A DNA stretch of 64,000 nt from a virus (IMGVR_UViG_3300037512_000782:252732-316731), one strand, 5' to 3'; counted from the stretch's first letter, positions 1 through 9,317 are shown. Numbers and translations are program-made. The notes: generated from the sequence alone by a model not told the origin.

Positions 1-10
1 CGCTCATAAA

Positions 11-37
11 AACTGATACTAACCCAGCGGGGCTGCC
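11..37 (+). promoter_or_regulatory. cassette element copy 1
   Basis: AACTGATACTAACCCAGCGGGGCTGCC; stem AACCCAGCG/CGCTGGGTT. Confidence 0.85.
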
Positions 38-83
38 TCGCTGGGTTATTTCTTTTATACAAACCAACAACCAAGGAGTTAAT

Positions 84-323
84 ATGGCACAGATTGACTG
101 GAATCAGAAAGGACAGGACTTCGCGGAAAACTGGGTACGCGGAAGTCAGCTACCGGAATTTCCCGACGATACAGCAAAGGAACAGTTCACCGAAGGCTAC
201 AAGGTCGGCTGGTGGAACCGTGGAAAGAACGACGCGCAAGCTGGCCGGGAACATTTCAAGGATTTTCCGAACCGCACGGCGATGTTCAGCTACCATGACG
301 GCTGGGAAGACAATTTCTGTTGA
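84..323 (+). CDS. hypothetical protein (79 aa)
   Basis: SD AAGGAG after element 1. Confidence 0.75.
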   Translation: MAQIDWNQKGQDFAENWVRGSQLPEFPDDTAKEQFTEGYKVGWWNRGKNDAQAGREHFKDFPNRTAMFSYHDGWEDNFC

Positions 324-381
324 GGTGAGGCGACTGGGAGAGATCCCAGCCGCCTTTTTCTGCTCGCTGTCCGGATCGGAC

Positions 382-408
382 GACTGGCAGAGACCTTTCG
401 GGACTGCC
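382..408 (+). promoter_or_regulatory. cassette element copy 2
   Basis: GACTGGCAGAGACCTTTCGGGACTGCC. Confidence 0.75.
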
Positions 409-452
409 TCGACAAGATATTTTATTTATGTACCTCAACCAAGGAGCTTTAA

Positions 453-851
453 ATGAAGACCTATGATATCCCTACAGAAAAAAACGTCGTCGCTTTTAAG
501 GACTACGACTTCGACAACCCTTGCGTACCGGAAAAGTACGAGGGCGACTATCCTCACCGTAATTTCTTCAACAAGTACTTTATCCCCATTGTACGCAGCG
601 AAGTGAAGAAGCTGGCGAAGAAGCTTGGCGCTACGGTGAAGTTCAGCTACAACAACTTCGAGTGGACGGCCTTCTTCTGCAAGAACGGCAAGTACGTCTA
701 CGTCGATACGAGCGACCACCGCTGGAACAACTGGTACGACAACGTCATGTACCGCGAGGCCAGCAGCGACCACGACTACCACGGTATCACTGGCAACTAC
801 TGGTGCCGCTACGACAAGCTTGAAGAGAACCTGGCTTCGATCCTCGGCTAG
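453..851 (+). CDS. hypothetical protein
   Basis: SD AAGGAG; C-ending codon bias. Confidence 0.8.
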   Translation: MKTYDIPTEKNVVAFKDYDFDNPCVPEKYEGDYPHRNFFNKYFIPIVRSEVKKLAKKLGATVKFSYNNFEWTAFFCKNGKYVYVDTSDHRWNNWYDNVMYREASSDHDYHGITGNYWCRYDKLEENLASILG

Positions 852-876
852 GACTGTTCCAGACCCAGCGGCTGCC
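852..876 (+). promoter_or_regulatory. cassette element copy 3 (2-nt deletion in the G-run)
   Basis: GACTGTTCCAGACCCAGCGGCTGCC; stem ACCCAGCG/CGCTGGGT. Confidence 0.8.
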
Positions 877-924
877 TCGCTGGGTTATTTCTTTTATACA
901 ACCAACATAACCAAGGAGTTAAAA

Positions 925-1737
925 ATGCCTAAGATGAACATGTACACCATCAAGTTCTACCGTTCCACTGGATACAACTACGAAACCGACGGGTTCCACA
1001 ACCTCATGGATCGCGTGTGGGAAGCGTTTGACAAGAAGCGCGACGAACTTGTCCGCAAGTACAACGGTTCCTCGATCATTGACTCTTTCGTCCACAACAG
1101 CCGTTCCGATCACGACGGCGAAGAAGGCTTCTTCCAAGAAACGCTTCGCTGTCCGGAAGCTGACGCGAACGACCTCATTCGCTACTTCGCCAGTCTCGAC
1201 AGCAGTGCCGATGTGACCCACGACAAGAGCGAAGTCGTAGAATACAAGAAGGCCAAGACGCTCACCGAAGCGCAGCTCGTATTCCGTCGCTACAAAGACC
1301 GTCGCGTAAACCATCTCTGTTTCGTCATTCCGTCGGTCAAGTGCTACGAACAGCACTTTGTCAATGGTGAACCGACCGAATATGTGATCTGCAACCGTAG
1401 CGCACCCATCACGAAGGCGACCTTCCTCAAGATTTTTGATGGCGTGTTCGGCAAGTATGACGACTGCCCGTTTGAAGTGGCTGTACGTGACAAAAAATTT
1501 GTTGCAAAGCCTCGCAATGACGCCAAGCTCTCGTGGACTTACCTCACGAACCTTGGCTATAACACGAGCATTGATAATTTGAAGGCGTTGCTCTCCTATG
1601 CTCGCCACGGTGCAAAGAATATCGACTTCTATTTGGGCGATTGGCGCAATGGCGAAAAGCTCTACTTGTCTGACGAAGTCAAGATCGGCATTATCAAGGA
1701 ACAGATTGCCGAAAAGCAAGCGAAGCTCGCCAAGTAG
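925..1737 (+). CDS. hypothetical protein (270 aa)
   Basis: Start moved from 820 to the ATG at 925 after SD. Confidence 0.8.
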   Translation: MPKMNMYTIKFYRSTGYNYETDGFHNLMDRVWEAFDKKRDELVRKYNGSSIIDSFVHNSRSDHDGEEGFFQETLRCPEADANDLIRYFASLDSSADVTHDKSEVVEYKKAKTLTEAQLVFRRYKDRRVNHLCFVIPSVKCYEQHFVNGEPTEYVICNRSAPITKATFLKIFDGVFGKYDDCPFEVAVRDKKFVAKPRNDAKLSWTYLTNLGYNTSIDNLKALLSYARHGAKNIDFYLGDWRNGEKLYLSDEVKIGIIKEQIAEKQAKLAK

Positions 1738-1739
1738 AC

Positions 1740-1766
1740 GACTGGAAGAGACCCAGCGGGACTGCC
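1740..1766 (+). promoter_or_regulatory. cassette element copy 4
   Basis: GACTGGAAGAGACCCAGCGGGACTGCC. Confidence 0.85.
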
Positions 1767-1812
1767 TCGCTGGGTTATTTCCTTTACATAACCAATCAAC
1801 CAAGGAGTTATT

Positions 1813-2384
1813 ATGGGATGGACAAGTTGTTATCGCTGGTATTCGCCTACCGTGCTTCGCAAGGAATATGAACAGGGTATTGCTCGATCCGGCAAGATCA
1901 AGACGTTCGGCTGGTGCGGAAGCTTTCTGAAGTGCTTGCACGTGCCCACGAACCGTCCGTTTGTCGTCGATGTTATGGTGCGCTTCTTCGGCAAGCACGA
2001 AGGGTATGGCTACAAGGACATCGGGGCGCTTCCGGCCCCTATGATACCAACATCGCCGCCGCTCGCTGGCTGCGTCGTGAGCTTGCCAAGCGCAACCTCG
2101 ATCCGGAGTCCTTCGAGCACAACTGGCTGCTGTACTGTACGCGCAAGGCTCGCCACAACAAGATGCTCAAGGAGATCGCTCCAGGAACGGTATTGACTGC
2201 GCTCAGGGACTTCACTATCACTGGCGGCTACAAGTTCAGAGCTGGCGAAGCGATTTCGGTCATCAGCGTACGTCGAGGCCGCATAATCTGTACGCCTCAC
2301 TTAGCGCACTGGCCTACTATGAGCTTGTCGTCGGATATTTTCATTCCGTCGCCCTACAAGGACTATCCGCTGGTGGCCGTGTAG
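1813..2384 (+). pseudogene. frameshifted phage protein gene (or single-base assembly error near 2020-2030)
   Basis: SD-led ORF 1813 reads ...YGYKDIG; continuation ...GPYDTNIAAARWLRREL is in the -1 frame and ends at TAG 2384. Confidence 0.55.
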
Positions 2385-2410
2385 ACTGGAGGCAGCCCAG
2401 CGGGGCTGCC
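2384..2410 (+). promoter_or_regulatory. cassette element copy 5
   Basis: GACTGGAGGCAGCCCAGCGGGGCTGCC; alternative stem GGCAGCCC/GGGCTGCC. Confidence 0.85.
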
Positions 2411-2452
2411 GTCCAGTTTTATTTTATTTATACAATCAACCAAGGAGTTAAC

Positions 2453-2866
2453 ATGAAAACTACTCGTTCTTATGTAGGCGATGTCCTCATGTGTTCTCGT
2501 GCTATCGCCAAGCTGGTTCCTACTGAATGGAACGCATTTGCTGCAGCGGAAAACGACGCCAATCTTGAATATGAGGAAGACTACAAGCGCCTCGTGTCCG
2601 AAGTGAACGGCAAGCAGCTCCCCAGCCGCTGCGCCAACTCCCAACTGGTAAAGGCTGCTCGCGATGTCGTCGCCGCCGTCGCCGCCAAGGGCATATCGCT
2701 GACCGTCGGCTACATCTTCAACGAGGTAGAGGCCAGCGTCGTCTTCGGCTTCAACTACCAAGTCCTCGACTACTCTCTGAAGCAGTCCGAAGTCAAGCTC
2801 TTCGAGTCGCTGGGACTGGACATCGACGCCGTCTACATGGACAGCACGTCCTACCTTCCCAACTAG
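2453..2866 (+). CDS. hypothetical protein
   Basis: SD AAGGAG after element 5. Confidence 0.8.
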   Translation: MKTTRSYVGDVLMCSRAIAKLVPTEWNAFAAAENDANLEYEEDYKRLVSEVNGKQLPSRCANSQLVKAARDVVAAVAAKGISLTVGYIFNEVEASVVFGFNYQVLDYSLKQSEVKLFESLGLDIDAVYMDSTSYLPN

Positions 2867-2873
2867 GTAGCCT

Positions 2874-3053
2874 ATGAACAAGCAAGACGAAATAGAACGC
2901 CAGAAGGTCACTCTTTATACGTGGGTGTCCAAGGCGTTCTACAAGAACCTAAAATCTTTTACAGTCCCAGAGAAGTATTCCGAAGCGGCGAAGGATATTG
3001 CCAGCCAGGGCAACGGTTTTCGATACGACGGAAAGGTTCTCTCGTGGGACTAG
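2874..3053 (+). CDS. hypothetical protein (59 aa, not in ORF track)
   Basis: MNKQDEIERQKVTLYTWVSK...VLSWD*; fills the gap between genes. Confidence 0.55.
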   Translation: MNKQDEIERQKVTLYTWVSKAFYKNLKSFTVPEKYSEAAKDIASQGNGFRYDGKVLSWD

Positions 3054-3061
3054 GAGCTGCT

Positions 3062-3241
3062 ATGTTTAAATTTTTGAAACGGCTGTTCTGCCGTCATCAC
3101 TGGAAACGTAGTGTACAGCGACGGCGCAATTTCAATTATGGATCGACATCGTTTTCGTACTACGACTTCTGTGTGTGCAAGTGTACCAAATGCGGTAAGA
3201 AGAAACTTATGAAACAGTATCACTGGGTCGCAATGAACTGA
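3062..3241 (+). CDS. small Zn-ribbon-like protein
   Basis: LFCRHHW...CKCTKCGK; SD AGGAG. Confidence 0.65.
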   Translation: MFKFLKRLFCRHHWKRSVQRRRNFNYGSTSFSYYDFCVCKCTKCGKKKLMKQYHWVAMN

Positions 3242-3262
3242 CACCGTTCCGGCGGGGCTGCC
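3236..3262 (+). promoter_or_regulatory. cassette element copy 6
   Basis: AACTGACACCGTTCCGGCGGGGCTGCC. Confidence 0.85.
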
Positions 3263-3309
3263 TCGCTGGGTTATTTTCTTTATACAACCAATCAACCAAG
3301 GAGTTAACA

Positions 3310-3906
3310 ATGAAAAGATTGTTCAAGAAGGGCGACAAGGTCAACGTGAGCGGCGACTTGTCCAGTAAGGATTACAACGTGCGCGTTTCTTCTCCGGCTG
3401 TCGTCGATGAAGACCAGAAGACGAGCCGTTCTAACGTGTGGGTGACTATCGCCGAAGTAGACGGCGACCATAACGTGTCGCTCTACATCAAGCCGCGTAT
3501 GCTGTCGCTCGTCAAGGAAGAGCTGCCGCGTATCGAGAGCGACGACACCACTCGTGTCTGGGTCAACGAGGAAGCCGGACTGGTCGTGACGGACTTCTTG
3601 GGTTCTGGTGACAATCTGGACGACGACGACATCAAGCAGGGCTTCCACGCCTACTCGATGAACTCCGTCTACCACTTCGACCAGTTCCCAGAAGAGACGT
3701 TCGACTTCTCCAAGCTCGAAGACGTGAATGACGGCGACCTCGACTATGACGGCGACACTGTGGACTGCTACGACAGCAGCATGACCCTTCTGCACAACAC
3801 CGACGAATACGACAAGAAGGAACACTTCGAAATTATTCTCGGTATGCTCAACGTGACCCAGAAGGACGGCTGGAAACAAGTCGCTGGGCCGTTCTTCAAC
3901 GACTAA
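3310..3906 (+). CDS. hypothetical acidic protein
   Basis: SD after element 6. Confidence 0.8.
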   Translation: MKRLFKKGDKVNVSGDLSSKDYNVRVSSPAVVDEDQKTSRSNVWVTIAEVDGDHNVSLYIKPRMLSLVKEELPRIESDDTTRVWVNEEAGLVVTDFLGSGDNLDDDDIKQGFHAYSMNSVYHFDQFPEETFDFSKLEDVNDGDLDYDGDTVDCYDSSMTLLHNTDEYDKKEHFEIILGMLNVTQKDGWKQVAGPFFND

Positions 3907-3933
3907 GACTGGCGATAATCCGGCGGGGCTGCC
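3907..3933 (+). promoter_or_regulatory. cassette element copy 7
   Basis: GACTGGCGATAATCCGGCGGGGCTGCC; stem AATCCGGCG/CGCCGGATT. Confidence 0.85.
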
Positions 3934-3973
3934 TCGCCGGATTATTTTCTTTATACAACCAAGGAGATCAACC

Positions 3974-4411
3974 ATGCCTACCATGAGAGAATTTATCCAG
4001 TCCAATCCGGTCATCTTCGGCAACAAGCGTTTCACCAAGGCTCTTGACAAAGTATTCGGCGACGACCAGTCCAAGCACACCGTTCAGTTCACTTCAGACG
4101 GCGAGCGCGTCAACATCAATTACGCCTCGAAGGACGAAGGCAATCTCATCTTCCAACTCTGCAAAAACAGGGTTGGCGACGGCGAACCCTTCCCAGAATC
4201 GATCGAGGTGCGCCTCTATTACAAGTACAACGGCAGAGATATCTTCCATGACGGCTTCCAGTGCAAGTTCATACCGTACAACGCTACCCAGCAGACCATG
4301 ACAGCGGTACTGCGGCAGCTGTTCAAGATCCACAGTGAAATGACAAACATTCGGCGAGCCCAAGCACAAATCCATAGCCACTTGTTAAAGCTCCACAAGA
4401 TCATGGACTGA
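3974..4411 (+). CDS. hypothetical protein, paralog of 12289-12720
   Basis: Shared NPVIF/HPVLF and AQAQI/HQAQI motifs. Confidence 0.8.
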   Translation: MPTMREFIQSNPVIFGNKRFTKALDKVFGDDQSKHTVQFTSDGERVNINYASKDEGNLIFQLCKNRVGDGEPFPESIEVRLYYKYNGRDIFHDGFQCKFIPYNATQQTMTAVLRQLFKIHSEMTNIRRAQAQIHSHLLKLHKIMD

Positions 4412-4432
4412 CCCAGATCCGGCGGGGCTGCC
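4406..4432 (+). promoter_or_regulatory. cassette element copy 8
   Basis: GACTGACCCAGATCCGGCGGGGCTGCC; alternative stem GGGGCTGC/GCAGCCCC. Confidence 0.85.
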
Positions 4433-4471
4433 ACGCAGCCCCATTTCTTTTATACAACCAAGGAGTTAAAC

Positions 4472-4987
4472 ATGAGCGTTATCTACAACAACACCAAAAA
4501 TGCAACATTTGAAACCGCGAACGCATTCCTCGAAGCTCGCGCTCGCGAAGCTGGCCTCAAGGATTTCGAGTTCGAAAAGGCGTACACCTATCTGAACACG
4601 GAAGTCATCAGTGAAGGACACACGATCGAGTGCGTGTACTTTGAACACAAGTTGAGCCGCCGCAGTATCGGCGTGACCGTCGAGGACGGCGAGGTCACGA
4701 AGGTACTGGTGTACGACACGAACGGCGACTGTCTGAACGTCAAGCTGAACAGCGCAGCCAAGATTCGCAAGAACCCCAAGGACTTCTTCAAGCAGACCTT
4801 GACGCCCAAGAAATACAGTGCGTCGGCGAGCATTAACTACACTATCGAGGTCGAGTGCGTGGCCTACGACGAGGACGAAGCTCGCGAGAAGCTGAAAGAA
4901 GCTGCTTACAACAACTATCTGACAGCGAAGATCGACGGCGTTGACGCTACAATCGACGACATCAGCGACGACGGCTACGTAAAATAA
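4472..4987 (+). CDS. hypothetical protein
   Basis: SD after element 8. Confidence 0.8.
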   Translation: MSVIYNNTKNATFETANAFLEARAREAGLKDFEFEKAYTYLNTEVISEGHTIECVYFEHKLSRRSIGVTVEDGEVTKVLVYDTNGDCLNVKLNSAAKIRKNPKDFFKQTLTPKKYSASASINYTIEVECVAYDEDEAREKLKEAAYNNYLTAKIDGVDATIDDISDDGYVK

Positions 4988-5014
4988 GACTGGCGATAAC
5001 TCGGCGGGGCTGCC
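4988..5014 (+). promoter_or_regulatory. cassette element copy 9
   Basis: GACTGGCGATAACTCGGCGGGGCTGCC. Confidence 0.85.
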
Positions 5015-5054
5015 TCGCTGGGTTATTTTATTTTCACAACCAAGGAGATCTAAG

Positions 5055-5336
5055 ATGGCTACGAAAAAGCAAACCAAGAAGTCTAAAATGTTTCATTTGA
5101 GCGGCTTTCACAAATTCGAGGACGGCATTGAAATTATTAACGTCGAAACACTGTATACGACTCGCCGCAAGGCCGCCAAGGAAATCGCCGACATAATGAA
5201 CGAAACTATCCAGGAAAGCCGCTCTGACAAGCCGAAGGTAAAGGTCGCCGACTGCATGGACGGCTACAGACTGTCGCCGCATGACAGTTTCGAGGAGATC
5301 GGCATTGATATTGTCGAGTCGCACTTACCAGAATAG
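5055..5336 (+). CDS. hypothetical protein
   Basis: SD after element 9. Confidence 0.75.
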   Translation: MATKKQTKKSKMFHLSGFHKFEDGIEIINVETLYTTRRKAAKEIADIMNETIQESRSDKPKVKVADCMDGYRLSPHDSFEEIGIDIVESHLPE

Positions 5337-5362
5337 ACTGGTGCTGGATCGGCGGGACTGCC
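5336..5362 (+). promoter_or_regulatory. cassette element copy 10
   Basis: GACTGGTGCTGGATCGGCGGGACTGCC; stem GATCGGCG/CGCCGATC. Confidence 0.85.
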
Positions 5363-5410
5363 TCGCCGATCTATTCCCTTTATACAACCAATCAACCAAG
5401 GAGTTCTAAC

Positions 5411-6070
5411 ATGCTTTCAAGAGACCAGCTCATCCGTACTTGCCAAGACAACAACATCACGTGCCTTATGTGCTGCCAAGGCTACGAGGCCACCGAAGAG
5501 GACGTTCTGAACGACAACCCAGAACTTGCGCCGGACAACGACGACGCACAGTATCCCAGCCCAGAAGTCCAAAAGGAACGTGACCTCAAGGAATCGGTCA
5601 TGATCCGTATGCTGCAAGAAAACCTCGACTTCGGCCCTCTGATGGAAACCGACGACGAAACCGACCGTGACGATCATTCAGAACGCATGGGCGCTCGCTG
5701 CGACATCGTGGAAGTAATCGCCGAACGCTGGGTGGCTGGTTCCTACTCGGACAACTACCAGAAGACCGAACTGGAACTGGCTCAGGCCGACTGCAACGTG
5801 CTGGTTTCCAAGTGGTACGGTTCAGAACTACTCGACGAAATCGTCGAAGCTCTCTGGGCTACTGGGGAAACTATCACGAACGAACGTGTCGCCGAATACG
5901 TCGGTAGGACAAAGATTGCAGAATTTTTCACTACGACCTCTGCAAAGAACGCCGACGAATTTGCCGAAGAATGTTCTACTGGCTTCTCTGGCAGCCCTAT
6001 CGACGGCTCGCCGTTCACTCGTGACGCCAGCGACGCCTACGCCCACGAATACTGGGACGCCCACGTCTAA
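5411..6070 (+). CDS. hypothetical acidic protein
   Basis: SD after element 10. Confidence 0.8.
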   Translation: MLSRDQLIRTCQDNNITCLMCCQGYEATEEDVLNDNPELAPDNDDAQYPSPEVQKERDLKESVMIRMLQENLDFGPLMETDDETDRDDHSERMGARCDIVEVIAERWVAGSYSDNYQKTELELAQADCNVLVSKWYGSELLDEIVEALWATGETITNERVAEYVGRTKIAEFFTTTSAKNADEFAEECSTGFSGSPIDGSPFTRDASDAYAHEYWDAHV

Positions 6071-6097
6071 GACTGGAACGGATCCGGCGGGGCTGCC
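6071..6097 (+). promoter_or_regulatory. cassette element copy 11
   Basis: GACTGGAACGGATCCGGCGGGGCTGCC. Confidence 0.85.
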
Positions 6098-6150
6098 TCG
6101 CCGGATTATTCATTCTACACAACCAAACAACAAACAACCAAGGAGTTATT

Positions 6151-7035
6151 ATGAAGGTTATTTCTCTGTTCGACGGCATTTCTTGCGGTCAAGTCGCTCT
6201 CAACCGTGCTGGCATCAAGGTAGACCAGTACGTCGCCTTCGAGATCGAGGCTTCCGCCATCAAGATCACCCAAGCCAACTTCCCTGACACTGTCCAAGGC
6301 GGCGACGTGACCAAGGCCGACTTCACCCAGTACCCAGCCGACCTCATCATCGGCGGCAGCCCTTGCCAGTTCTGGTCTGGCGCTCGCGCTGGCCACGGTC
6401 GCGAAACTACAGCCGACGGTCTGGGCTGGTCGCTCTTCCAGCAGTATGTCCGCGCCAAGAACGAAAGCGGCGCTCGCTGGTTCCTCTACGAGAACAACGC
6501 CTCGATCCACCAGAACATCAAGGACGCCATCAGTGACGCGCTGGGTGTCCAGCCGATCGAGATCAACTCCGCGCTGGTATCCGCCCAGAACCGCCGTCGC
6601 TGCTACTGGACGAACATTCCCAACGTGGCACAGCCAGCCGACCGTGGGATCTTGTTGTCGTCCGTACTGGAACACGGCACTGTTGACCGCGAAAAATCTT
6701 TGTGCTTGACGCGCCGCTATTCCGAAGCCTACGGAACCCAAGCCTATATGTGTCGCCGCTATCTCGGCAAGTCCATGGGTCAGATGGTGTTCGAGGGCGA
6801 CATGGAAGCTCTGAAAAATCTTTTCAAGCGCAACGACCACTTCAGCGACATGGACGGCGAACTCACTGGCTGCCGTATCCGCCAGCTCACGCCGCTGGAA
6901 GCTGAAAGGCTCCAGACACTGCCAGACAACTACACGGCTTCTGAACCGAACCGCAAGAAGCGTCTGGAAGCCATCGGCAACGGCTGGACGGTCGAAGTCA
7001 TCGCCCACTTGCTGTCTGGACTGGCTGAAAAATAA
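6151..7035 (+). CDS. DNA (cytosine-5)-methyltransferase
   Basis: Motif I SLFDGISCG, motif IV GGSPCQ, VI ENN, VIII QNRRR, IX-X LTPLEAERLQ...IGNGW. Confidence 0.92.
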   Translation: MKVISLFDGISCGQVALNRAGIKVDQYVAFEIEASAIKITQANFPDTVQGGDVTKADFTQYPADLIIGGSPCQFWSGARAGHGRETTADGLGWSLFQQYVRAKNESGARWFLYENNASIHQNIKDAISDALGVQPIEINSALVSAQNRRRCYWTNIPNVAQPADRGILLSSVLEHGTVDREKSLCLTRRYSEAYGTQAYMCRRYLGKSMGQMVFEGDMEALKNLFKRNDHFSDMDGELTGCRIRQLTPLEAERLQTLPDNYTASEPNRKKRLEAIGNGWTVEVIAHLLSGLAEK

Positions 7036-7045
7036 ATTTTGAAAT

Positions 7046-7072
7046 GGAGCTGGAGAAATCCAGCTCCGTTTT
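7046..7072 (+). terminator. intrinsic terminator after MTase gene
   Basis: GGAGCTGGA-GAAA-TCCAGCTCC then GTTTT. Confidence 0.75.
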
Positions 7073-7092
7073 CGTCTATCCAGTCCTCTGAC

Positions 7093-7119
7093 AACTGGCA
7101 CACTGGCGGCGGGGCTGCT
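7093..7119 (+). promoter_or_regulatory. cassette element copy 12 (no own stem)
   Basis: AACTGGCACACTGGCGGCGGGGCTGCT. Confidence 0.75.
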
Positions 7120-7162
7120 GGATCGACGTATTCATCAGATACAACCCAAACAAGGAGACATT

Positions 7163-7510
7163 ATGGGACTCGACATTACTCTCAAGACATGCAAGAGCGA
7201 CAAATATTTTCGCAAGGTCAACTTCTTGATTCCGTTCGTGGAATCAAAGATCGGCTGCACGGTGGAGAACTGTGAGACAGTCAAGCTGACCAAGGACAAC
7301 CTCGTGGAACTGGTTGATCGGTGCAAGGAAGTGCTTGCCGATCACTCTAAGGCCGAGAAGCTGCTGCCTACTCGCGACGGGTTCTTCTTCGGCGGCACAG
7401 ACTACGACGAATGGCACTTCGATGATGTCAAGGAAGTACAAGACAAGGTAAGCGACCTTCTGTCAACGATGTCTAATCGGATGAAGGCCAGCTTCCATGC
7501 CTGGTGGTAG
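7163..7510 (+). CDS. conserved phage protein (MGLD...YFRK type)
   Basis: Pattern MGLDI..YFRKVNFL..FFFGGTDYDE; SD. Confidence 0.75.
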   Translation: MGLDITLKTCKSDKYFRKVNFLIPFVESKIGCTVENCETVKLTKDNLVELVDRCKEVLADHSKAEKLLPTRDGFFFGGTDYDEWHFDDVKEVQDKVSDLLSTMSNRMKASFHAWW

Positions 7511-7536
7511 ACTGGTTTCGATCCGGCGGGGCTGCC
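7510..7536 (+). promoter_or_regulatory. cassette element copy 13
   Basis: GACTGGTTTCGATCCGGCGGGGCTGCC. Confidence 0.85.
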
Positions 7537-7583
7537 TCGCTGGATTATTTTATTTCTACAACCCACACAACCAAGGAGATATT

Positions 7584-8018
7584 ATGGGATGCAGAGTTCA
7601 TGTAGTTAAGCGGCAGCCGGAGTACGGAACGTGCGGCTTCAACTGGAAATCCGAGGAGTTCAAGAGCTTCCTCGACGACATGGGATGCGAGACGACTGGC
7701 GAGAGCTACGCCGACGACTTCGAGTGCGACGTAGACTTGTACAAGAAGGCCGTCTGGGCGCTGTCCATCTACGTACACCGCAAGCAGTCTGATGCACGAA
7801 AGAGGAAGCCAGCCCAGAAGAGGCCGAAACGCTACGACAAGTTCCTCTCGTTCCTCGACGAACGTGGACTGACTGTGCGCGACTTCGAGGACGCCGTTTG
7901 CTCTATGGCAGACCTCGACGACAAGGCCAAGGCCGCCAAGGAGAGCCTGGAGACGATGGTCGGTATGCTTGTAGACCGCGACAAGAGCAGCACCTACATC
8001 GGTTTCTCTGCGTACTAG
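7584..8018 (+). CDS. hypothetical protein
   Basis: Start moved to the ATG at 7584 after SD. Confidence 0.75.
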   Translation: MGCRVHVVKRQPEYGTCGFNWKSEEFKSFLDDMGCETTGESYADDFECDVDLYKKAVWALSIYVHRKQSDARKRKPAQKRPKRYDKFLSFLDERGLTVRDFEDAVCSMADLDDKAKAAKESLETMVGMLVDRDKSSTYIGFSAY

Positions 8019-8020
8019 CA

Positions 8021-8047
8021 GACTGGTTTCAATCCAGCGGGGCTGCC
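8021..8047 (+). promoter_or_regulatory. cassette element copy 14
   Basis: GACTGGTTTCAATCCAGCGGGGCTGCC; stem AATCCAGCG/CGCTGGATT. Confidence 0.85.
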
Positions 8048-8087
8048 TCGCTGGATTATTTTATTTATACAACCAAAGGAGCTAACA

Positions 8088-8531
8088 ATGATCGAATACA
8101 AGAGATACAATAACTTAGATGAATTGACCGCTGGTCTGGGAGAATACGTAAATGACTGTCTGACCAACGCGCACGGCATTATCGGCAGCATCGACATCAA
8201 GGCCGAAGATGTGCCGAGTTCGGAAGAATGGGATGCCATCACGACGGACGACGCCAGAAAGGACGCTTGGGATAATGCGGTCGGCTGCTACGGCATTAAA
8301 GCTGTCGGACGTGAGTTCGATTCTGAAGCGTCGATCTTGGTCGGCGCGTACTATGGCACGAGCAACATTCTGACGAGCAAGCAGTTTGACTTTGATACGT
8401 CCGACGAAGATGTCGATGAAATTGTCCAAGGACTACTGGTCAATTTGCTTGCTGGCGGCGATGACCTCAATAGGTCGTACCTTGTCAGAATCACAGAAAC
8501 CGATGAAATGCCGGAGACGATGCTGCTGTAG
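8088..8531 (+). CDS. hypothetical protein
   Basis: SD after element 14. Confidence 0.8.
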   Translation: MIEYKRYNNLDELTAGLGEYVNDCLTNAHGIIGSIDIKAEDVPSSEEWDAITTDDARKDAWDNAVGCYGIKAVGREFDSEASILVGAYYGTSNILTSKQFDFDTSDEDVDEIVQGLLVNLLAGGDDLNRSYLVRITETDEMPETMLL

Positions 8532-8534
8532 CGG

Positions 8535-8561
8535 AACTGGCCTACATCCGGCGGGGCTGCC
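8535..8561 (+). promoter_or_regulatory. cassette element copy 15
   Basis: AACTGGCCTACATCCGGCGGGGCTGCC. Confidence 0.85.
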
Positions 8562-8599
8562 TCGCTGGATTATTCCCTTTATACAACCAAGGAGACATT

Positions 8600-8998
8600 A
8601 TGAAAGTTTACAAGTTAGTCAGAAAACTCAAGAACGGCAGCATCAAGCCGCTGTTCATCGGAAAGAAGCAGCCGTTCGTGATCGGTCAGAAGATGAAGTG
8701 CGAGTTCCTTCCTACCAAGGGGTTCGCTCCCAGATCGGTAGACGACAAGAACTCCGGCGGCTGGCACTGCTGCTTCCGTCCAGTCGCTCCGCACCTCGCC
8801 GAAACACTCAAGACTGGCGAAGAACGAGTCTGGCTCGAATGTGAGGCCGAAGGCACCACCAAGACCTACCACAGAGGCGAACACCAAGGCGGCGACTGGA
8901 TCCTTGCCGAGTACATCACGCCGCTGCGTGAAGTGCCGTGGGATGAAGTCCGCCAGATGCAAGAACAGTACAGCAACCAGCACAACACCGAGGAGTAA
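8600..8998 (+). CDS. hypothetical phage protein
   Basis: SD after element 15; GFAPRS..GWHC..PHL..VWLECE..QGGDW. Confidence 0.8.
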   Translation: MKVYKLVRKLKNGSIKPLFIGKKQPFVIGQKMKCEFLPTKGFAPRSVDDKNSGGWHCCFRPVAPHLAETLKTGEERVWLECEAEGTTKTYHRGEHQGGDWILAEYITPLREVPWDEVRQMQEQYSNQHNTEE

Positions 8999-9000
8999 AT

Positions 9001-9291
9001 ATGAAAAATTGCAAGATGAATACCAAGGTCAACGCCCTTATCAAGAAGGTCGAGGAAGCTCAAGAAAAAACTGTCGCCATTCTCGGCGACCTCAAAAACT
9101 GGAAGTCCTATCCCAATGAGGACGCCAGCAGCGACCGTCTGATCGAAAAGGTGTTCAAGGAAGTCGACGACTTCGTTAACACAGTAAACGGCTTGCAGAA
9201 GATGTCAGAGGCAGCCAGCCAGTTGCACACCCAGCAACTCGACGGCCTTGTAGACGACATTCTGCACAAGCGCGGAATATACAAGGAGTAG
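9001..9291 (+). CDS. hypothetical helical protein
   Basis: SD GAGGAG; coupled to upstream gene. Confidence 0.75.
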   Translation: MKNCKMNTKVNALIKKVEEAQEKTVAILGDLKNWKSYPNEDASSDRLIEKVFKEVDDFVNTVNGLQKMSEAASQLHTQQLDGLVDDILHKRGIYKE

Positions 9292-9317
9292 ACTGGCGGC
9301 AGCCCTGCGGGACTGCC
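9291..9317 (+). promoter_or_regulatory. cassette element copy 16
   Basis: GACTGGCGGCAGCCCTGCGGGACTGCC. Confidence 0.85.

Noticed and set aside
332-354. GACTGGGAGAGATCCCAGCCGCC as an extra copy
   Set aside because: Core is broken and spacing is off by one; possibly a relic, so not counted.
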